Below are positions 61,066 to 64,000 of a DNA stretch of 64,000 nucleotides, one piece after another. The stretch lies in NCBI RefSeq assembly GCF_006345805.1, contig NC_043023.1:3038001-3102000 (forward strand). Direction: 5' to 3'. The position numbers and the translations under genes were made by a program. The DNA comes from Octopus sinensis. Its lineage: Eukaryota. Position 1 is the first letter of the stretch; every line of letters begins with the position of its first letter. The notes below the pieces were generated by a model. It had not been told where the DNA came from. It ran no database searches and was given only the letters and a program-made list of their open reading frames with translations.

Positions 61066-61572
61066 CTCTTTTACTTGTTTCAGTCATTTGATTGTGACCA
61101 TGCTGAAGCACTGCCTTTAGTTGAGCAAATCGACCCCAGAACCTATTCTTTGTAAGCCTAGTACTTATTCTATCAGTCTCTTTTGATGAACCGCTAAGTT
61201 ACTGTGACGTAAACACACCAGCATCGGTTGTCAAGCGATGTTGGGGGACAAACATACTCGCATATATATATATATATATAATATATATATATATATACAT
61301 ATACATCACAGGCTTCTTTCAGTTTCCATCTACCAAATCCACTCACAAGGCTTTGATAGAAGACACTTGCCCAAGGTGCCACACAGGGGAACTGAACCCG
61401 GAACTATGTTGTTGGTAAGCAAGTTACTTACCACACAGCCACTCCATTCATAAGGTTTTTGTTGGCCCAAGGCTCAAGTGGAAAACACTTCTCCAAGGTG
61501 TTCCACAGTGGGACTGAACCTGGAACCATATGGTTGTTAGGCAAACTTCTAACCACACAGCCACTCCTGCAT
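61066..61572 (-). mobile_element. SINE family 1 with duplicated head
   Basis: Tail, microsatellite, head and a second partial head. Confidence 0.82.
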
Positions 61573-62034
61573 TTTTGCCAAAATCTTTAGAAGACAAACC
61601 CCGCTGCTTCTTACAATACTTTGATTCTGTCATCCATTGTCAATTACCATTTCTTTAAATTCCTGAAAGTTGAAGAACTGAGGAACTGGAATCTTCAGTT
61701 TTTGGCTGTCAACAATGCAAGAATTCAAAAACGTTTTTTTTTTTTGGAGTTGATGAAGAAATAAAATAAAGGAAACTACACGGAAATATATTTTGGTTGA
61801 TTGCCAAAAGTCTTTTGCAAGTTTTAATGTGTGTGGCTGTGTGTGTTTGTATGTCTGTGTTTGTGTGTGTGTGTGTCTGTGTCTGTGTGTATATATAGGG
61901 GTATGTATATGTGGTTCTATGGACCCACAAATATTTGTGTATATGTATATGTATGTATGTGTGTGTAAATGCATATGTATATAAATATATGTGTGTATCT
62001 ATCTACATATATATGTATATATATGTGAGTATTA

Positions 62035-62067
<33 letters not shown>

Positions 62068-62100
62068 GTTGTTATTATTATTATATTATTATTATTATTA

Positions 62101-62131
<31 letters not shown>

Positions 62132-62152
62132 GTCATCATCATCATCATCATC

Positions 62153-62191
<39 letters not shown>

Positions 62192-62348
62192 TGGAGAGAG
62201 AGAGATACATAGATGTATATATACTCACATAACTTATATGTATACATATAGACATATACATATGCAAATACATGTTATATATTAATGTATACATACACAC
62301 GTGTGTGTGTGCATATGCATATATATATATATATATGCATAAATATAA

Positions 62349-62383
<35 letters not shown>

Positions 62384-62988
62384 TCATCATTATCATAAAC
62401 GATGATGATATATATATATATGTATATATATTTATATTTATGCATATATATATATGTATACATATATATATATTGTTTATATGCATATATATATATACAT
62501 ATATACTCACACACACCCACATTCATATGTATGTATATATGTATAATACATGTGCATATATACACATATCCATAGCATGCATATATAGATAAACACATAC
62601 ACATCCTCTCACAAACACATGTGTGGGCATGTGGTTATGTATGTACACGTACTATATATATGTATATATATATATGTGTGTTTATGATACCCCCCCTCAC
62701 ACACACATACATACATATATATTTTCAGTTTCATAAAATGTTACATGTATGTATGCATGTGTGTATATATAAATATATTATTCTACATCATGTATCGGGT
62801 TTTTTATGGCTAGTTTTTGATGGCTGAGTATAGAAACTAAGTTGTGTAAAGAACTAAAGAAACTCAGCAGGAGTCTCCTTGGTTGGTTTTTAGTAAAGTC
62901 TGTCTTCTCTTGGAGAATTATGGTAAGGAAATTCTGTTCTGGTAATTCATTGTTGATGCTGTTGTTGTTGTCCTTCTTCTTCTTGTTA

Positions 62989-63425
62989 TTTAGCCCCAGG
63001 TCAATCTTGATCCAACAGACCTATGATCAAAGATGTTCAAGCTGTGATCATTGCATTCTTTATTCAGGCATAGTGTATCTAGGACTACATTATCTGATGT
63101 ACAGTATAGAAGTCAGTATTAATGGCTATAGTTTTTGTTATTGCTGTTGTTGTTGTTTAGCCCCAGGTCAGTCCTGATCTGGTAGACCTATGCTCAAAGA
63201 TATTCCAGTTGTGACCATCCCATCTTTTAGCCACACATAGTGTATCTAGGAGTACATTATCTAATGTATAATATAGTACTTTGTATTAGTGGTTATGGTT
63301 GTTGTTGTTGTTGTTGCTTAGCCCTAGGCCAGTCCTAATCCAGTCGACATATGATCAGAGATGTTCCAGTTGTGACCATCCCATCTTTTATTCAGGCATA
63401 GTGTATCTAGGACTACATTATCTAC
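62989..63425 (-). repeat. Three tandem copies of a ~115-bp retro-tail-like repeat ending in (CAA)n
   Basis: TTAGCCC(C)AGG...ATAGTGTATCTAGGA..ACATTATC at about 62989, 63156 and 63317, each preceded by (GTT)n; opposite-orientation copy at 13975-14095. Confidence 0.75.
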
Positions 63426-63679
63426 ATTTCATTTGTCTTTACGTTCTGAGTTCAAGTTCTACTGAGGTTGACTTTGCCTACCATCCTTTTGGGGTCAGCA
63501 AATTAAGTAACTGTTGAGCAGTGGGGTTACTGTAATCAACTAACCCTAACCCCTAAAATTTGAGGCCTTCTGCCTATAGTGCAAAGAATTATCACCATCA
63601 TTATTATTATTATCATAATTATTATTATTATCATTACCATCATCATTGTTATAATTATTAATATTATTATTATTATTAT

Positions 63680-64000
63680 TGGGTGAGAGAGCAGTGCATG
63701 CCATCAAAGTGACACTGGGGTAAAATATAAGAAGCCCAGTATACCCATCATGACTACCCGTCTGATAAGGGTACACTAGGCACATGCATCACAACCATAT
63801 GTGCACGACATGGTGATCTCATATCAAGATAAACAGCACATGACCTTGCAGGTGGGGCCCAGTTAGAATTTTCTTCTGGTTGATTAGCCCATCCCGCTCA
63901 AAAGGTCCCTGAATCTGGGCTGTTTAAGGATATTGAACAAACCACCCATGTTTCCAGAGGTGAATAATTCAAACCCCAAAGAATCCCTCTCAACACATGG
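63680..64000 (-). mobile_element. (AAT)n-anchored non-coding repeat, cut by the window end
   Basis: Near-identical to 42612-42930. Confidence 0.8.

Noticed and set aside
63541-63558. TAACCC telomere-like motif
   Set aside because: Only about two imperfect units, inside a SINE-derived segment.

Overview
This is AT-rich, repeat-saturated animal DNA. The SINE families and the extreme (TA)n/(TG)n/(GA)n/(GAT)n/(AAT)n load resemble octopod cephalopod genomes; that is inference from recalled repeat families, not a database hit. No host protein-coding gene can be called, and nearly all ORFs in the supplied track are translated microsatellites. Supported content: (1) a near-intact 3.5-kb RTE-clade LINE (APE + RT with an embedded C4HC3 PHD-like finger) broken only by two 1-bp deletions, plus many truncated RTE copies; (2) CR1-type 3' ends; (3) a same-strand stack of R4/Dong-type 3' ends in (AAT)n; (4) a decayed hAT (Buster/Charlie-type) transposase; (5) non-autonomous Helitron and DINE-1/HINE-like elements; (6) at least four tRNA-derived SINE families; (7) one 100-N gap. 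The most unusual signal is a dense set of minimal type-I hammerhead ribozyme (HHR) motifs from several Penelope-like repeat families. They include a tandem 350-360-nt retrozyme-like unit, three head-to-head inverted ribozyme pairs, and cores showing all four Watson-Crick combinations at the 3-8 tertiary pair. All folds and alignments were done by eye; repeat boundaries are approximate.
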